A stretch of 64,000 nucleotides of DNA from Carpediemonas membranifera BICM (Eukaryota > Protista > Fornicata), in assembly GCA_019828565.1 (NCBI GenBank), contig JAHDYR010000020.1, forward strand, positions 124,001-188,000, in the 5' to 3' direction. Numbering within the stretch: position 1 is the stretch's first letter; each line of letters opens with the position of its first letter. Positions 10,737 through 23,513 of this stretch are shown here, one piece after another. A model generated the notes under the pieces. That model was not told where the DNA came from. It saw only the letters and a list, made by a program, of their open reading frames with translations, and ran no database searches. Position numbers and translations under genes: made by a program.

Positions 10737-11056
10737 CGAGGATCAGGTCGTGGCCGCTGCCAGATTGTCCAATAAAAACAATGTGAATGGCTTCTTGCCC
10801 AGCTAATCCGATTGAGTCCTCGGATTTCTGTTCAGCGACCAGCTCCTGCCAGGTCGTCATCAAGCGTGTCGTTTTCTTGCCTCGAATACATTTTCGATTT
10901 ACGGAACAGTAAATCTGAATTCATACCTTAACCCAGGACAGCAGTCGCCATTAAATCAGCTGAGGCCTTCTTCTACCACATTTCCGCATCACCTCGCCCT
11001 CTTTCCAAGCATTCAACCAGCCGGCCACCCAAGCGTCAAACTACTCTTTATACATC

Positions 11057-11947
11057 TCACTGCTCCCTCAGATCTGCAAAATATGGGTGCTGCAGTGCCG
11101 CAGCCGCAGATATACGCTTCTTCGGGTCGTATTGAAGCAGCGAGTTGAGCAAATCAATACCGTCAACCCCCAGCTTCGGGACCACATCCTCGAGACGCAT
11201 GCCAGGGTACTTGGGCCACGTGCTCTTCTCCCCATACTGCGGCATTGAGACAATCGAGGGCCAGATATTCTCATTGGGGGTGCCGAGGATCTTGAAGATC
11301 CGCACGAGCTCATCCCTCTCGGTTCGGCCCGGGAACAGGGGTTCGCCGTTCGACATCTCCGCGAAGATCACCCCGCATGACCACATGTCGACCGAAGTGT
11401 CGTACACGCGGTTGCCCATGAGGATGTCGGGTGCCCTGTACCAGAGCGTGACAACCTCGTTCGTGTATGTGCGGACTGGGATGCCGAAGGCCCGGGCGAG
11501 GCCGAAGTCAGCCAGTTTGAGGACGCCCTTGTCGCTGATGAGGAGGTTTTGGGGCTTGAGGTCGCGATGGAGGACCTTCTTTTCATGGCAAAAGGCGATG
11601 CCCTTGAGTAGTTGGTACATGTAGTGCTTCACCTCCTTGGGAGTGAGCTTCTGGTTGTGTAGGTCCATGACTTTCTTGAGATCATGGTCGAGGAACTCGA
11701 AGACGAGTGTCAGCTTGTTCTCAGTGTGGATGACTTCGATCAGCTTCACGATGTTCGGGTGGTTGAGTTCTCGAAGAAGGCTGATTTCGCGAATAGCGGT
11801 GCTAGGCACGCCTTCGTCCTCAGATTCAAGGCGAATACGCTTCAGGGCAACAATGAGCTTCGGATCGGCCTTTGAATGCGCCTTCCAGACAACACCATAA
11901 GTTCCTTCACCAACACGGTCTTCTCTAACGTACCTGCTTAGCGACAT
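11057..11947 (-). CDS. Cyclin-dependent kinase, PSTAIRE class (CDK1/2-like)
   Basis: [27 protein letters not shown]. Confidence 0.97.
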   Translation of the reverse strand: MSLSRYVREDRVGEGTYGVVWKAHSKADPKLIVALKRIRLESEDEGVPSTAIREISLLRELNHPNIVKLIEVIHTENKLTLVFEFLDHDLKKVMDLHNQKLTPKEVKHYMYQLLKGIAFCHEKKVLHRDLKPQNLLISDKGVLKLADFGLARAFGIPVRTYTNEVVTLWYRAPDILMGNRVYDTSVDMWSCGVIFAEMSNGEPLFPGRTERDELVRIFKILGTPNENIWPSIVSMPQYGEKSTWPKYPGMRLEDVVPKLGVDGIDLLNSLLQYDPKKRISAAAALQHPYFADLREQ

Positions 11948-12465
11948 GGAGAATTAGTCAGGTTTGAAGCTCGCTTTCGTTTTGACACGCATCCGGGCCG
12001 CAGGTTACGCGCCGGTGACCGCTCCGACTAATATCCCCCCTCCCGCTGACACCGCGGTCGCCCCAGACCGTGGACCCGAGTCAGTGTTTGATGTGTCGTC
12101 TCCTCCTCCCGGTGACACAGTGGTGTCGCTCTGGGTGGACTTGAGTCAGTCGGACGTGCCGGCCTACATGCTTCCCTGCGGTGTATGTAGATGTGGTCAG
12201 TTAGCCTGTTGCTCGGGTGGTTAACAAGGGTGAAGGAATAAAATGATGGTTACGCCATATCTCAGTAAATGTCAAAGATTTGGTCTGATTGTCTCGAATA
12301 CGATTCAAATGCGGGGCAGAGTCAACAATGCCATGCTTGACTCGCGCCAGAGTCGAGTGAGGCAACACAGTGACCGTTTCGATCCAACGACTGACAGGAG
12401 TACTCAGAGCCAAAACCAGACAGAATACGACCCAGAGCGCTCTTTACAAATGTCAGTATGATACA

Positions 12466-14180
12466 TCAGCGCTGCTCCCCCAGGCCCATGAGCTGTGCCT
12501 GCTCCCTCAGCATCCCGTTCTCACTCTCGAGTCGCGACAGCTCGCCCTTAAGCTGCCCGACGTACCGGGTCATCCTCTCCTCATACGCCCTGCACCGAGT
12601 GCCCAGCTCGCCCAGCAGTTGGACAAGGAACACCGCCCCGTCCTCGGGGATGGTCTTGCGGCCGTCTGAGAGAAGCGTCCGGACGCTGGTGGCGGCGTGC
12701 CCGAGGATCTCCTCGTACACCAGCCGCGGGACACCGTTGCTGAACGTCAGTGGGGCCTCGGTCGTCTCTGCGATCTCCGACATGATCCCTTCATAGTCGA
12801 TCACGGGGGTGGGGTCGGGCGCCACGTCTCGTCCTCCGTGGGCCAGGGCGTTGAGCACACTGAGAGCTGCGCTGGCGACCACGTGCCTGTCCTCTGCGGC
12901 GTCCTCGTCGCTCCCGTCGACCGGCTCGACGTACTCGAACTCGTGCCACCTCCTCTCCTCCCTCCCGCGGGGGGGTCTTCCAGCCTCAGCCTGGGGCCTG
13001 GTGTGGTCCAGCTCTCTGGGCTCCCTGGGAATACCGGCGTCGTCGCTGTCGAGCTCCTTGAGCATCCGTCGGGTGTCGGGGGTGCGGCTAATTTGCAGGT
13101 TCAACTCGGTCTCGAGCCGCAACTCCTCCTTGCGGGTATCCTCGAGCATTTGCAGGTCTCTTGGCAGCTTGCCGCGGGAGGAGGATCTTTGCTGGCGAGC
13201 GGTGGCGTTGTCGGCAATAATCCGGTCCAACTCGGTCAGCTTCCCCGCAGACAGCTTGTTGTGCTTCAAAATCAGCTCAGTAAGCGAATGATTACTCTTG
13301 AGTGCGCTGGCAATCGCTCTAAACGATGTAGTACCCACGCCGTTCGCCGTCAGGTCGAGTGTCGACAGTGACAGGTTATACTGCAAGTTCTGGACTAGTT
13401 CGACGACATGGCGCTGTATGTTGTTGGACCCGAGCCTCAGGACCTCGAGCTGGAAGCGGGCCCCGAGAATGTTGAACGTTCGCGCCATGGCTTCGGCGAA
13501 CTGTCCTCCGAGGTCGTTCGTGGTGAAGTCAAGCACGGTGAGCTCTGGGGCAGTGGGGGTAGAGCCGCTGTGGAGCGCGTCTGCTATTCTGGCGGCGTTT
13601 CCGTCGGAGAGGTGGCACGTGTCCAGATAGAGCTCCCGGATATGGGTCCCCTGCTGCAAAAACTTCGTCAACTCACCGGTGCACTTGTCGTTCATCACAT
13701 TGCGGGAGAGGCGGAGGATGAATCCCTTGGGGGAGCGAAGGAGCGTGCGCATGAGGGGGCGCAGGTCTGCATGAGTGATGGCGGGGAAAACGAACCTTCG
13801 GGCTTCAACTTCCGCTCAGAAAGGTTGAAGTCAAATACTGAATCGTCGCTGTCGTCCACATGATTGATGAACGTGTTGCGTACGAGCGAGAGCGGCTGGA
13901 CATTGGAATCACGAGTGGCAGCGCAATAGCTGGATAACAAAGGGGATCAGAAGACATACAATTCGTCCAAAAGCTCTGGTGTTACTTGTTCTGCAGTCAT
14001 ATTGGGTACTCCGCCCGTGAAGCCCACGACAAATTTCTTCGTCCTTAAACTGCGCGGAGGTCGGCAAAACGCTCCAAACTGGCTGCTCAGTCGTTCCGCC
14101 CTCTTCACGAGTCGATATCTGGTCAGATGAACGTCGCGCATTTGACCAGGTCCGATTGCCACTAATCTGTCATTTACCAT
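12466..14180 (-). CDS. RNI-like leucine-rich repeat protein with coiled coil; introns 13930-13959 and 13767-13795
   Basis: LxxLxLxxNxI repeats; two short GT-AG introns join ORFs 13947-14180, 13695-13940 and 12466-13752. Confidence 0.8.
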
Positions 14181-14194
14181 GGGATACTCTGCCT

Positions 14195-14792
14195 TTAGAG
14201 CACGAGGCAGCCACCGCCGCTCTTCTTGGCGGGCTTGGTGGGGTTCTTGGCCTCCTCCTCGAGCACCTTGGTCGTCAGGTCCATGAAGGTCTGCTCGATG
14301 TTGATGTCCTCCTTGGCAGAGGTCTCGATGAACAGGCAGCTGAACTCCTCGGCAAGAGCCTTGCCCTCCTCTTCGGAGACGGCGCGCTCCTCGTCGAGAT
14401 CGGACTTGTTGCCGACAAGGATGAGGGGAACCTCGGTCTTCTCCTTGACGCGGAGGATCTGCTCGCGGAGAGTGCGGCAGTCATCGAAGGACGCCTGGGA
14501 GGTAACAGAGTAGACAAGGACGAAACCATTGGCATCGCGCATGTACTGGTCGCGGAGAGAAGAATACTCCTCCTGGCCAGCGGTATCAAGGATGTCGAGA
14601 AGAATAGCCTCGCCACCGCAGTCCACCTGCTTCTTGTAGAAGTCCTGTGTGAGAAATGGAAAGAATTGGACAAACCTGGATTGTGGGATCATATTTGGCG
14701 ACGAACTTGCCCTTCACGAATCTTACAGTGATTGCGGACTTACCGACACCACCAGATCCCATCACCACTACCTTTGCGCTGCTCAGACTCAT
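14195..14792 (-). CDS. Ras-family small GTPase (Rap-like); intron 14645-14675
   Basis: [15 protein letters not shown] after splicing, DTAGQE, NKSD, ETSAK, CaaX CLVL. Confidence 0.93.
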
Positions 14793-14976
14793 AGTTTTCG
14801 AATTAGAAACAACGCACTTTAAGAATTACTTGCATACGCTAGGGCACACATAAATAATGGGAAAGTATTAAATGACTTCCAGAGTGGTCAATACCCTCGA
14901 CAGGAAACGAGGCATGCCATCAAATGCCACAGGTTGCGCTCCAATCTCTTCAGAAAATGGCTATCTTCGGTATCGC

Positions 14977-15477
14977 TCAATAACGGCCTCTTCGGTCGCG
15001 ATTATCGAACGGGCGATCCCTCCGGTCGCTATACCCACCGTCTCTGGGTCCCCTCCGGTCATCGCGGCCTCTCGTATCGTATCGATCGCGGCTGTCATAG
15101 CGCTTGTCATCGAAACGGGACCGGTCCTGAGGGTATCCACCGCGTCTATCTCTGTTGTACCCACGGCCACGGTCATCCCGGTCGTCCCAGCGCATATCAC
15201 GCCTTTCGGTGCGCTGAGGGGCAAACTTCTGAAGAGCAATGCGCATTCGAATCTGACGCTGTAGGTACAAGGCCCAAATAGCGTCTGTAAAGCCATAGTT
15301 GTACCGTGTATCGAGCTCAACGCGATTTGTAACGTGCTCCTGCTCGTGAGCGAGCAGCTGCAGAAGAGATCCCTCTTCAAGCACAATTTCAACGGGATCC
15401 TCCTCTTCTTCATACTGCTCCTCCTCATCATACCCAGAGAGGTACATCAGCCTCGGATCCTCCGCTATATCCTCCAT
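14977..15477 (-). CDS. Hypothetical acidic/RD-rich protein
   Basis: 166-aa ORF with low-complexity R/D/G tail. Confidence 0.6.
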   Translation of the reverse strand: MEDIAEDPRLMYLSGYDEEEQYEEEEDPVEIVLEEGSLLQLLAHEQEHVTNRVELDTRYNYGFTDAIWALYLQRQIRMRIALQKFAPQRTERRDMRWDDRDDRGRGYNRDRRGGYPQDRSRFDDKRYDSRDRYDTRGRDDRRGPRDGGYSDRRDRPFDNRDRRGRY

Positions 15478-15515
15478 AACGTTGCCGAGTGTTTCGCAGG
15501 TTATGCAACACGCGG

Positions 15516-15553
15516 TGTGCTCCGAAGGGTCAGTAAAGTGACTGCGAGTGTAA
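15516..15553 (+). repeat. Diverged solo family A-like terminal repeat
   Basis: TGTGCTCCGAAGGGTCAGTAAAGTG-ACTGCG matches the 9767 solo. Confidence 0.4.
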
Positions 15554-15828
15554 CGCCGGAGTCGCGGGGGGGGGGGCTCAAGAGCGGTCTCAAATACGTG
15601 ATCCTTGCGCTCGCGACAGTATCGGTTCGGCTGCCAGTTGACTCGACCTGTGCCAGCGATGCTGTCTGAGAGACTAAGCTATACATTGTGCTATGACATA
15701 CAGATAGCGGGCCTGTAACCTGCCCCCGCCGGAACCTGTGATCGCCCTGCTCTGAGCCTTCGAGATATCCGGATTCCCGAGGTGTAAGTGCCCGGGCCGA
15801 GAATTGTATGCGATAATAGACTATATAT

Positions 15829-16293
15829 TTAGTTGTTGGACTCCTTGAAGGAGATGATGGACTCCTCGCCCATAGCCTTCTGGACGGAGACGATGAGGTC
15901 CTTGCCGTCGTCGAAAGCGGCACGCATCTCGTCGCCAATCTCGCCCTCGGGGCACTTGAGGTCGTCGCGGGTCTTGCCATCGTCGGTCATGAGGGAGCAG
16001 AAGCCGTCCTCCTCGATGTCGATGAGCATGTAATCGCCCTTGGTGACGAAGGGGATCTCGGTGTTGTGGGTGGAGGGGCAGATATCCTCAAGCTTGCGGC
16101 CAGTGAAGATGTCGATAGCGACAACGTGGACCTTGGCGTGGCCGTGCTTGCCGGTCTTGGAGACAGAGGTCTCAACAACCTTGCAGGGACGGTTCTTGAT
16201 GACGACAAAGCCGCCCTTTCTCAAGGTACCAGCCTGAGCGGGGTAGGTGGTAGCGGCACCAGCATCGGCACGTTCGAACTCGACGTCAGACAT
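15829..16293 (-). CDS. EIF5A: Translation factor eIF5A
   Basis: Hypusine motif SKTGKHGHAK. Confidence 0.97.
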   Translation of the reverse strand: MSDVEFERADAGAATTYPAQAGTLRKGGFVVIKNRPCKVVETSVSKTGKHGHAKVHVVAIDIFTGRKLEDICPSTHNTEIPFVTKGDYMLIDIEEDGFCSLMTDDGKTRDDLKCPEGEIGDEMRAAFDDGKDLIVSVQKAMGEESIISFKESNN

Positions 16294-16487
16294 GAGGATC
16301 GCAGTCTCTGTCAATTGAAGGAAAACCCGCGCGACAAAATTGGCTTTAACTTGGTCTTCACGCAGACGACAAAAATCATGGGCAGCACGCATGCCACCCG
16401 CTTTAATAGCGAATTTCGAATGCCTTTTGATAATGATTTCTTGGAAAAAGGCAGGATAAAAAAGAGCAATAACTTGTTTTACAAGAA

Positions 16488-17099
<612 letters not shown>

Positions 17100-17414
17100 T
17101 GATTGTCTTTTGCACGACAAGAGATTATTGCCAAAAATTCTCGCAAGAAAAAAAGTAGCCTTGCATCAATTTCCGGCGCAGCGTAAGCGTGGTTTGCAGC
17201 AGCAGAAGCCCAGTTTGGGATGCATGCTGGTTATTGCCCTCAGATTATCGTGCTCCGAGACAAAAATTCTCTGAGTCTGATTGTGAGCAAAAAATGGAAA
17301 AATGGATTTGGCTTTATGGGCTTGAAGTGGGGCTTTAAGTCGGGCATCGAGGTTGCCTTCTGGCGTTGGGCGATTAGTCGACCACAGCGCTATCAGAGGC
17401 TGTCTTATACTGTA

Positions 17415-19199
17415 TCACCAAATGCCCCAACGATGAAAGAACCGCCCTGCACCTCGAACCACTACATCAAGCCTCGCAGGTTTCTCTACCCTTGTCAAGG
17501 CTGGGTCGCACTCCCATTGCTCGACCGTGGCGAGGTGGACGGGGAGCTCCTCGACCTCCACGGGCACGTGGCAGGCTGAGTCGAAGCCGGGGACGTAACC
17601 TGAGGCAAAGATAATCCCGTCCGTTGTCACGAAGGCAGAGGTCCTATTGGACACGAATATCGACTGAATCTGTTTCCCGGGCGGGGTCAGGACTCTGGTC
17701 CATTCGATGATCTCAGGCGCCTTCGACCCAACCCCGAGTCGACCCGAGCTATTGAGCCCCATAGCATGCCAGCTGCCGTCCACGGCGCTCTGGGCAAAGT
17801 ACACGTCATCGAATGCATTGCCAGCCGAGACAACGGACGGCAACTCGAAGCTGGACGCCCCAAACCTGATCACAGGCCAGGGGAAGGGCAGCCGGGTTAC
17901 CGGTAAGGTCTCACCCCTCAGATAGTACCACAATAGGCTCTCCTTCTTTGTCCCAGAGTCCTGCCGAAGACACCCGGCGACACACACAGTGCCCGCATGG
18001 ATGAGGGCGAAGTCGTGGGCTGGGGTCAGCCAGTCGACCCTCGTGGCGACAACACCACTCTCCGCGCCGCCGTGTGTCAGATCCACGGTGGGCAGGGGCG
18101 CCGGGGTGACCGCGATGCTGGTGTGGCCCAGCCCCAGCTCGCCACTCTTGTTCAGGCCACAGACAAAGGTGCGGGTCTTGGTGAATATCGCAGAGCGGTG
18201 CGGAGTTGCCGTGACCCTGCTGATCTCGGCCGCCGGGATTCGAGTGGGGAACTCGACACGGTGGAATGACGACGTCATTTCGCCGCCTGCCACGCCGAGG
18301 GCGCCATGGGTGTTGAGGCCGCAGGAGTAGAGGCCTGCTGGCGTGAGGACGAAGGTAGTGACGCTCGAGGTCCAGATACCCCTGATCATGCGAGGCAGCT
18401 CAGCAGACCTCGCAGCAGCGAACACGGTGGCAAACGGCCTGTCTTTCGAGAGGGAAGCGGCGTGTACGGGCCTCCTCCTGAACCCGGGCTGGCCCCCCAC
18501 GCCGAGCTCGCCGCACTTGTTCGCACCCCATGCAAACAGTCCTGATGAAGTCACTGCAAATACATGGCAGTGCTCGTCAACGTAAATACGATATGTATAC
18601 GGCGTCCTGAGTCTTATAAACCGCTGTGCTCTCTGCCTCGGGTTGAGTGTCATGCCCGCAGACTCAGAGGACTGGTACAGCCGGCCCTCGAGAAGCCGAT
18701 AGGCTGGGGTCTGCGGGAGTAGAGACATCCTATCACTCTTGAGCGTCTCGTCTAGCATAAGCTGGCTCAAGAAGAGAGGTGCCGCTGCCCTCGAGCGGAG
18801 GAGGGGGTCTGCCCCGGTCTGGACGAGGATGGGCCAGAGAAGGCGGGAGGGGATGTCTAGAAGTGTGTGTTGTGATGCTGGGTGGTCCGTAGCCACCATG
18901 ATTGTGGGTGTTTTGGGTGATTGGGCGGCAATCAATGTTTGTGCTTGCTGAAGAAGAATTCTCGTCCCATCATACAAAGAATCAATGCTATCAACGAGCA
19001 TTCTAGTATGCATTAGCAGTACTTCCGTGGTTAGATCCTCCGTGAGCTCCGTGCTGTCCATGGTACAGCCTGTTTGACGACAGAACAGGGAGAACGCCTG
19101 CTCAAGCAATGAAGCCGGATCCCCAGGCATTTCAGCGCATAGAATTCTCGCTTGGCTACTCAGGATGCCAAGTTCAGCAGCTATCGACGAGACATCCAT
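17415..19199 (-). CDS. RCC1/BLIP-II repeat family protein
   Basis: FAWGANKCGELGVG, CGLNTHGALG, GLNSSGRLGVG repeats. Confidence 0.85.
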   Translation of the reverse strand: MDVSSIAAELGILSSQARILCAEMPGDPASLLEQAFSLFCRQTGCTMDSTELTEDLTTEVLLMHTRMLVDSIDSLYDGTRILLQQAQTLIAAQSPKTPTIMVATDHPASQHTLLDIPSRLLWPILVQTGADPLLRSRAAAPLFLSQLMLDETLKSDRMSLLPQTPAYRLLEGRLYQSSESAGMTLNPRQRAQRFIRLRTPYTYRIYVDEHCHVFAVTSSGLFAWGANKCGELGVGGQPGFRRRPVHAASLSKDRPFATVFAAARSAELPRMIRGIWTSSVTTFVLTPAGLYSCGLNTHGALGVAGGEMTSSFHRVEFPTRIPAAEISRVTATPHRSAIFTKTRTFVCGLNKSGELGLGHTSIAVTPAPLPTVDLTHGGAESGVVATRVDWLTPAHDFALIHAGTVCVAGCLRQDSGTKKESLLWYYLRGETLPVTRLPFPWPVIRFGASSFELPSVVSAGNAFDDVYFAQSAVDGSWHAMGLNSSGRLGVGSKAPEIIEWTRVLTPPGKQIQSIFVSNRTSAFVTTDGIIFASGYVPGFDSACHVPVEVEELPVHLATVEQWECDPALTRVEKPARLDVVVRGAGRFFHRWGIW

Positions 19200-19412
19200 T
19201 GAGCACTGAAGTTATGAGGGCACGGGTAAATACGTAATTCCCTTGGGCCGAGCAGTGACGATCGTGCCGGTAAGACCGAGTATGGTTGCTGTCGTGGGTT
19301 CAACTTGCGTCTCCAACAACCTCTGACGTTCAGCAGGCTAGCCCTCGTTGCTACATATTTGACCGCTGACCTTGCTTCTGGACTTGCTAAGCTAGGGGTC
19401 AAGTATAAAGGG

Positions 19413-19592
19413 CCATGTGAATGTAACGCGTGTTGGTGTTGGGCAGTCTCGAGGGACGTAAGCACGCAAAACCCGCGGGGCGACCCCGGCAACGAACAGG
19501 CCGCCTCCACTGACAAAGAATGCCGCGCCCTCCAGCCACACGCAATCGTCCACCGGCAGGGGCACCCTGACGAACTTGGCCGTGGCGGTCGA
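19413..19592 (-). pseudogene. 180-bp duplicated internal fragment of the RCC1-like gene at 26015-27631
   Basis: Matches 26336-26515 with about 2 mismatches. Confidence 0.85.
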
Positions 19593-19846
19593 CTCTCGAC
19601 TGTTCGCCGGAAACATTGATTGTTACCCTGGACAATACTCGCTCAACCCCATGACAGTATCGATCGGCATCCTGCGCGCAGCGACGAGCTCCTCTGTACG
19701 TTCACTTCTTTCCACGCCATGACTATAGGAATACCCCAGGTCTTTAGTTGATCCTCTACGGGGCGGCTAATCGGGTGGTACGGAACGCTCGATTGCCTAA
19801 TCTTTACATAACCTCGATAAAACTGCTGACACATATGCAGATCGAA

Positions 19847-21244
19847 TCAAATCATGAGATCTCGCTCACTCTCTGTGAGATTTCGGTACTGATCCCTGGT
19901 CTTTTTGCCGCCAATAGACACGCACGCGAGGACTAAAAACCCGGTCGCTGATAGAAGCAGCAGAATGCTCACAGCCACGGCGACAGCAACGAGAATGACC
20001 ATCGCCACGCCCATCAGGATCTTCTCAGCCAGCGAATCGCCGTTGGACGGGGGAGTCACAATGACCGCAGGAAGCGCGTTTGTCGAGACATAAACTGCAC
20101 CAGTAAGAAGGTCGCCGTCTGCGGGCGTGCCAAACATTACGACATGATCGTATATGGCGATGGAGCGGCCGAAGAAGCCCGCGCCTTCAGGTGGGTTGAA
20201 GAAGTCCGAGTAGACGTACTGGTTGTTGACGTCGACGAGGGTGTAAAGATAGCCCCCTCCTATGTACTTGCCGGAATCATCCGTGATTAGATCGGATCCA
20301 ATCACAACGTAATCTCCAGATCTCGCCATACTCACCCCGAATCCGTCGTTGACTTTTGTTGACGGAGAGATGACCTGCTCAGTAGACCAAGTGCCGTTGA
20401 CGACACGCACCACGGCCACCGCCCCGGGAGTGGCACTATCAGTGTCGGCGGTGACGCCCACAAGGATGTCACCATCCGCTGCACTGATGGAGACAGATCT
20501 CACGCGCTCCATGTTGATGGTGTTGACAGAAGCGGTCAGAGTAGATCCGGTGTATATATAGAGCCGTCCTGTAGAATCTAATGTGCCAGCCGAGGCGACC
20601 AATATCATGTTGTCCATGATGCCCACAGCCACACCAACCGCAATGCTCTCTATTTGGTCATTCCCCGCGAGAGTCTCTGTGGGCAACCAGGTGTTCCCCG
20701 AGACACGGAACACGAACGCCGCTCCATGGTCGGTCATTCCATTGTAGCTGTAGCCGGGTGACCCTACGACAAGCTCCGTCCTTGTGAGCGCCAGGGCAGC
20801 CCCGAAGAAGTCCGGCTTCGTCTGAGACTGCTGCCCGCTGTTGATGACGCTGCGGTACGGGAAGTCGAAGGCGCCGTGCTGGAAGAGGAAGACGCTCCCG
20901 GCAGTGGACGTCTGTAGAGGAGAGCCTACGGCGACCCAATTCTCTGAAACGGCGAGGGCGTAGCCAAATAACGACTGAGCTGCAAGAACGGGGGGAACGA
21001 TCTTTGCAAAGGAAACCCACTTGCCATTCTCCTTCAAAAAGGCGTAAACTGTGCCGCAAGTAACCTTTTCCACAACATCACTCGGTGCCGAGGCAAAAAC
21101 AACGTCATCGCTTAACACAACGACGTCTCCAAGGCCAGCACCGGGCGCAATGCCTTGCACTGTTATTGGGATGAATTCTGCTGCTGTGAAAGCCAGCATG
21201 GCTGCCAAGAGCGCAGCTGTGAACAGAATATGCCGCGCAAACAT
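19847..21244 (-). CDS. FG-GAP repeat (integrin-alpha-like propeller) type I membrane protein
   Basis: Signal peptide, FGYALAV/FGAALAL/FGVSMA...GSP repeats, C-terminal TM helix. Confidence 0.85.
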   Translation of the reverse strand: MFARHILFTAALLAAMLAFTAAEFIPITVQGIAPGAGLGDVVVLSDDVVFASAPSDVVEKVTCGTVYAFLKENGKWVSFAKIVPPVLAAQSLFGYALAVSENWVAVGSPLQTSTAGSVFLFQHGAFDFPYRSVINSGQQSQTKPDFFGAALALTRTELVVGSPGYSYNGMTDHGAAFVFRVSGNTWLPTETLAGNDQIESIAVGVAVGIMDNMILVASAGTLDSTGRLYIYTGSTLTASVNTINMERVRSVSISAADGDILVGVTADTDSATPGAVAVVRVVNGTWSTEQVISPSTKVNDGFGVSMARSGDYVVIGSDLITDDSGKYIGGGYLYTLVDVNNQYVYSDFFNPPEGAGFFGRSIAIYDHVVMFGTPADGDLLTGAVYVSTNALPAVIVTPPSNGDSLAEKILMGVAMVILVAVAVAVSILLLLSATGFLVLACVSIGGKKTRDQYRNLTESERDLMI

Positions 21245-21391
21245 CTTTGCAGTGCTTCCATCATTTGATGACCCGCCCTGGGGGCCCTGGCCGCCGGCTC
21301 CACCCCCAGCACCCATACATCGTGCCTTGTACTGCGAGCTGGCCTTTCCCGCCTCAAAACCGCCGACCCTCATCGCAACTAAACTAGGCTT

Positions 21392-22619
21392 TTACTGGGG
21401 CTCACTAAACCATTCCATCTCGAGAAGCTGTGCCGCCGTCGGCCTGTGTGACGGGTTGAAGGCCAGCATCTTGCTGAGCACTTCCGCCACCTCCTCCGCC
21501 TCGCGAGTGGGCATGTCATAAGTCTCCGTGAGCATCGTGGTCAAGCTGATAAACTTAAGCGTCTTAATGTGCTTAAGCTGCCCCCTCCTATTGAAGAACA
21601 GCTTCGAGTGCCTGCCCATGATGTCCGTCGGCTCCGGCCTGCCAAACAGCTCGAACATGAGGGCCAGATGGTCCTCGTCCTTCGGACACCCGCCGCCGCC
21701 GACCTCCATCGGCTCAAACAGCACGTTCCCGGTAAGCAGCTCGAACAGGCAGCACCCGGCGGACCAGATGTCCGCGGACGGGCCGTACTCGGACCCCAAG
21801 ATGACCTCGGGGCTGCGGTACTGGCGCGTTTGGATCACATCGCAGAAGTGCCGGTCGATGAAGCAGGCGTTGCCGAGGTCTACGATGCGCACGTCGAAGT
21901 CGCCCATGACAAGCTCGTCGTGGCGCTTCGATGACGCGTGGGCACAGACCTTCCGTCGTGCAAGGGCAACGATGTCCCTCTTGAGAGCGTCCGCGGCCTC
22001 TATGTCCGTCACGGGGTTCCTGCAGTCGGTGTATGGCTTCCCAGACCTCGAGGCGGGCGATGTTGCCAGCAGGATGTTCTCCGGCTTCAAGTCCGTGTGG
22101 ATGATGCCCGCCTGGTCGTGTAGAACGCTCAGTCCGGTGAGCACCTGCCGCATGATGTGCTTCACGATGCTTATAGAGAGCCCGCGGTGATGGTACCTCC
22201 TGATGAGGGAGAGTACTGAGTGACCCATCAGGGGGAACACCATCACGTGGTGCTCGCCATTCTCCGTCTCGATGGTGAAGGTGTCCAGGAGTTGGCAGAG
22301 TCTGTTGTCGGCGTTGTGAGAGCATTTGTCGTTGACGACCTGGAGCAGGGTGATTTCGTCCAATGCAGCAGCTGTATAGGTAGCGGAGGACTTCTGGATC
22401 TTGAGAGCGACGTGGGGAGCATTGGGATCGTCTACAATGGCACATTGCCAGACGGTACCTGTGTTACGATTCTAGAAGAGGAAACAAACTGAAGTGGCCG
22501 AATCCGATCTTGAAAAGGACCTGATAGCGGTTGTTGTACACGTCTCCGATCTTAACGGGAGCGTAGCCGCCGTGCTTGTAGCCATCAGTGCCCTCGTCGA
22601 ACTGGATGGAGGAGGTCAT
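21392..22619 (-). CDS. SRPK: SR-protein kinase (SRPK/Sky1); intron 22459-22489
   Basis: YKHGGYAPV, GFGHFSTVW after splicing, HTDLKPEN, DLGNAC, IQTRQYRSPE. Confidence 0.93.
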
Positions 22620-22842
22620 TCGTCCGATCGCGCTCTGAGCATAAACTGCACCAAGGACAGCAGACAGCGCTCTCGGGGCTGGCATGACTGGAGGAGTGTC
22701 ACTGACCTCATTGAACGAGATTCTAACATTGGAAAATATTGCTTCACTTCAAATCTGAATCATCTGATTGAATCAGCCATGTCTACTTTATGATCAAATT
22801 ATGCGCTGCATGTCTATTCTTCCAACTAGCCATCTCCAGCTA

Positions 22843-23406
22843 CTAACTCCCAATACCGATGAACAGCTTCTTCAGCCGCGCGCCGTCAAGCCCAGCGTTA
22901 GTCTTCGAGGCCGAGTCCTTGGAGCCTACAGTAACCTTGGTCGGGGCCCACTCCGCCAGGATCTCGTTGTACTGGCTGTCTGTGTCGGTCTGTCTGCCGG
23001 CAGAGGCACGATGGGCATCAACCAGCTCAGAGCAAACGGCGGGATCGAACGCAATTGCTGGCTTACGAGGTTCTCTCTGGCGCGGGACAGAGGCTTGCTG
23101 GACAAGCATCGCGCGGTGCTGCCGGGAAACCTGGATGGCGCGCCGAAGATGCGCCATTTTTGCAGTTTCAACGTGAGGCCTTGATTTGAGTAATTTCACG
23201 CATTTCTTGACTGCATCTATGTCCCATGTGTCTGGTGGGTGCGGAACTATCCTCTTGGGCACCGTTTTTGGTGTCCTCGTGACTTTGTGGCTTGATCGAA
23301 CAAGCTTGTAGCTCTTCGGCTCTTTTGGTGTCCTCGATTCCGGTGTTTGTCTCTTGGGTGTTGCCTTTTTGGCCTTGATGACCTTTACACCAGGAATACT
23401 ATCCAT
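22843..23406 (-). CDS. Hypothetical basic protein
   Basis: ORF from MDSIPG; the upstream extension runs into a solo repeat. Confidence 0.55.
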   Translation of the reverse strand: MDSIPGVKVIKAKKATPKRQTPESRTPKEPKSYKLVRSSHKVTRTPKTVPKRIVPHPPDTWDIDAVKKCVKLLKSRPHVETAKMAHLRRAIQVSRQHRAMLVQQASVPRQREPRKPAIAFDPAVCSELVDAHRASAGRQTDTDSQYNEILAEWAPTKVTVGSKDSASKTNAGLDGARLKKLFIGIGS

Positions 23407-23465
23407 TGACCAGGACTTTGCATATTCCGCACAGTAAACTTTTCGCAGAATAACGACGAACCGTC

Positions 23466-23513
23466 TGTGCTTTTGATTGAACGGTTCGAAAAATGTGTTT
23501 ATACTGCGCAGCA
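23466..23513 (+). mobile_element. Solo family A terminal repeat (48 bp, TG...CA) with 5-bp TSD CCGTC
   Basis: CCGTC at 23461-23465 and 23514-23518; core TCGAAAAATGTGTTTATACTGCGCAGCA. Confidence 0.8.

Noticed and set aside
11950-11965. CCTGACTAA just upstream of the ATG (also at 45650)
   Set aside because: Only two instances; insufficient for a promoter call
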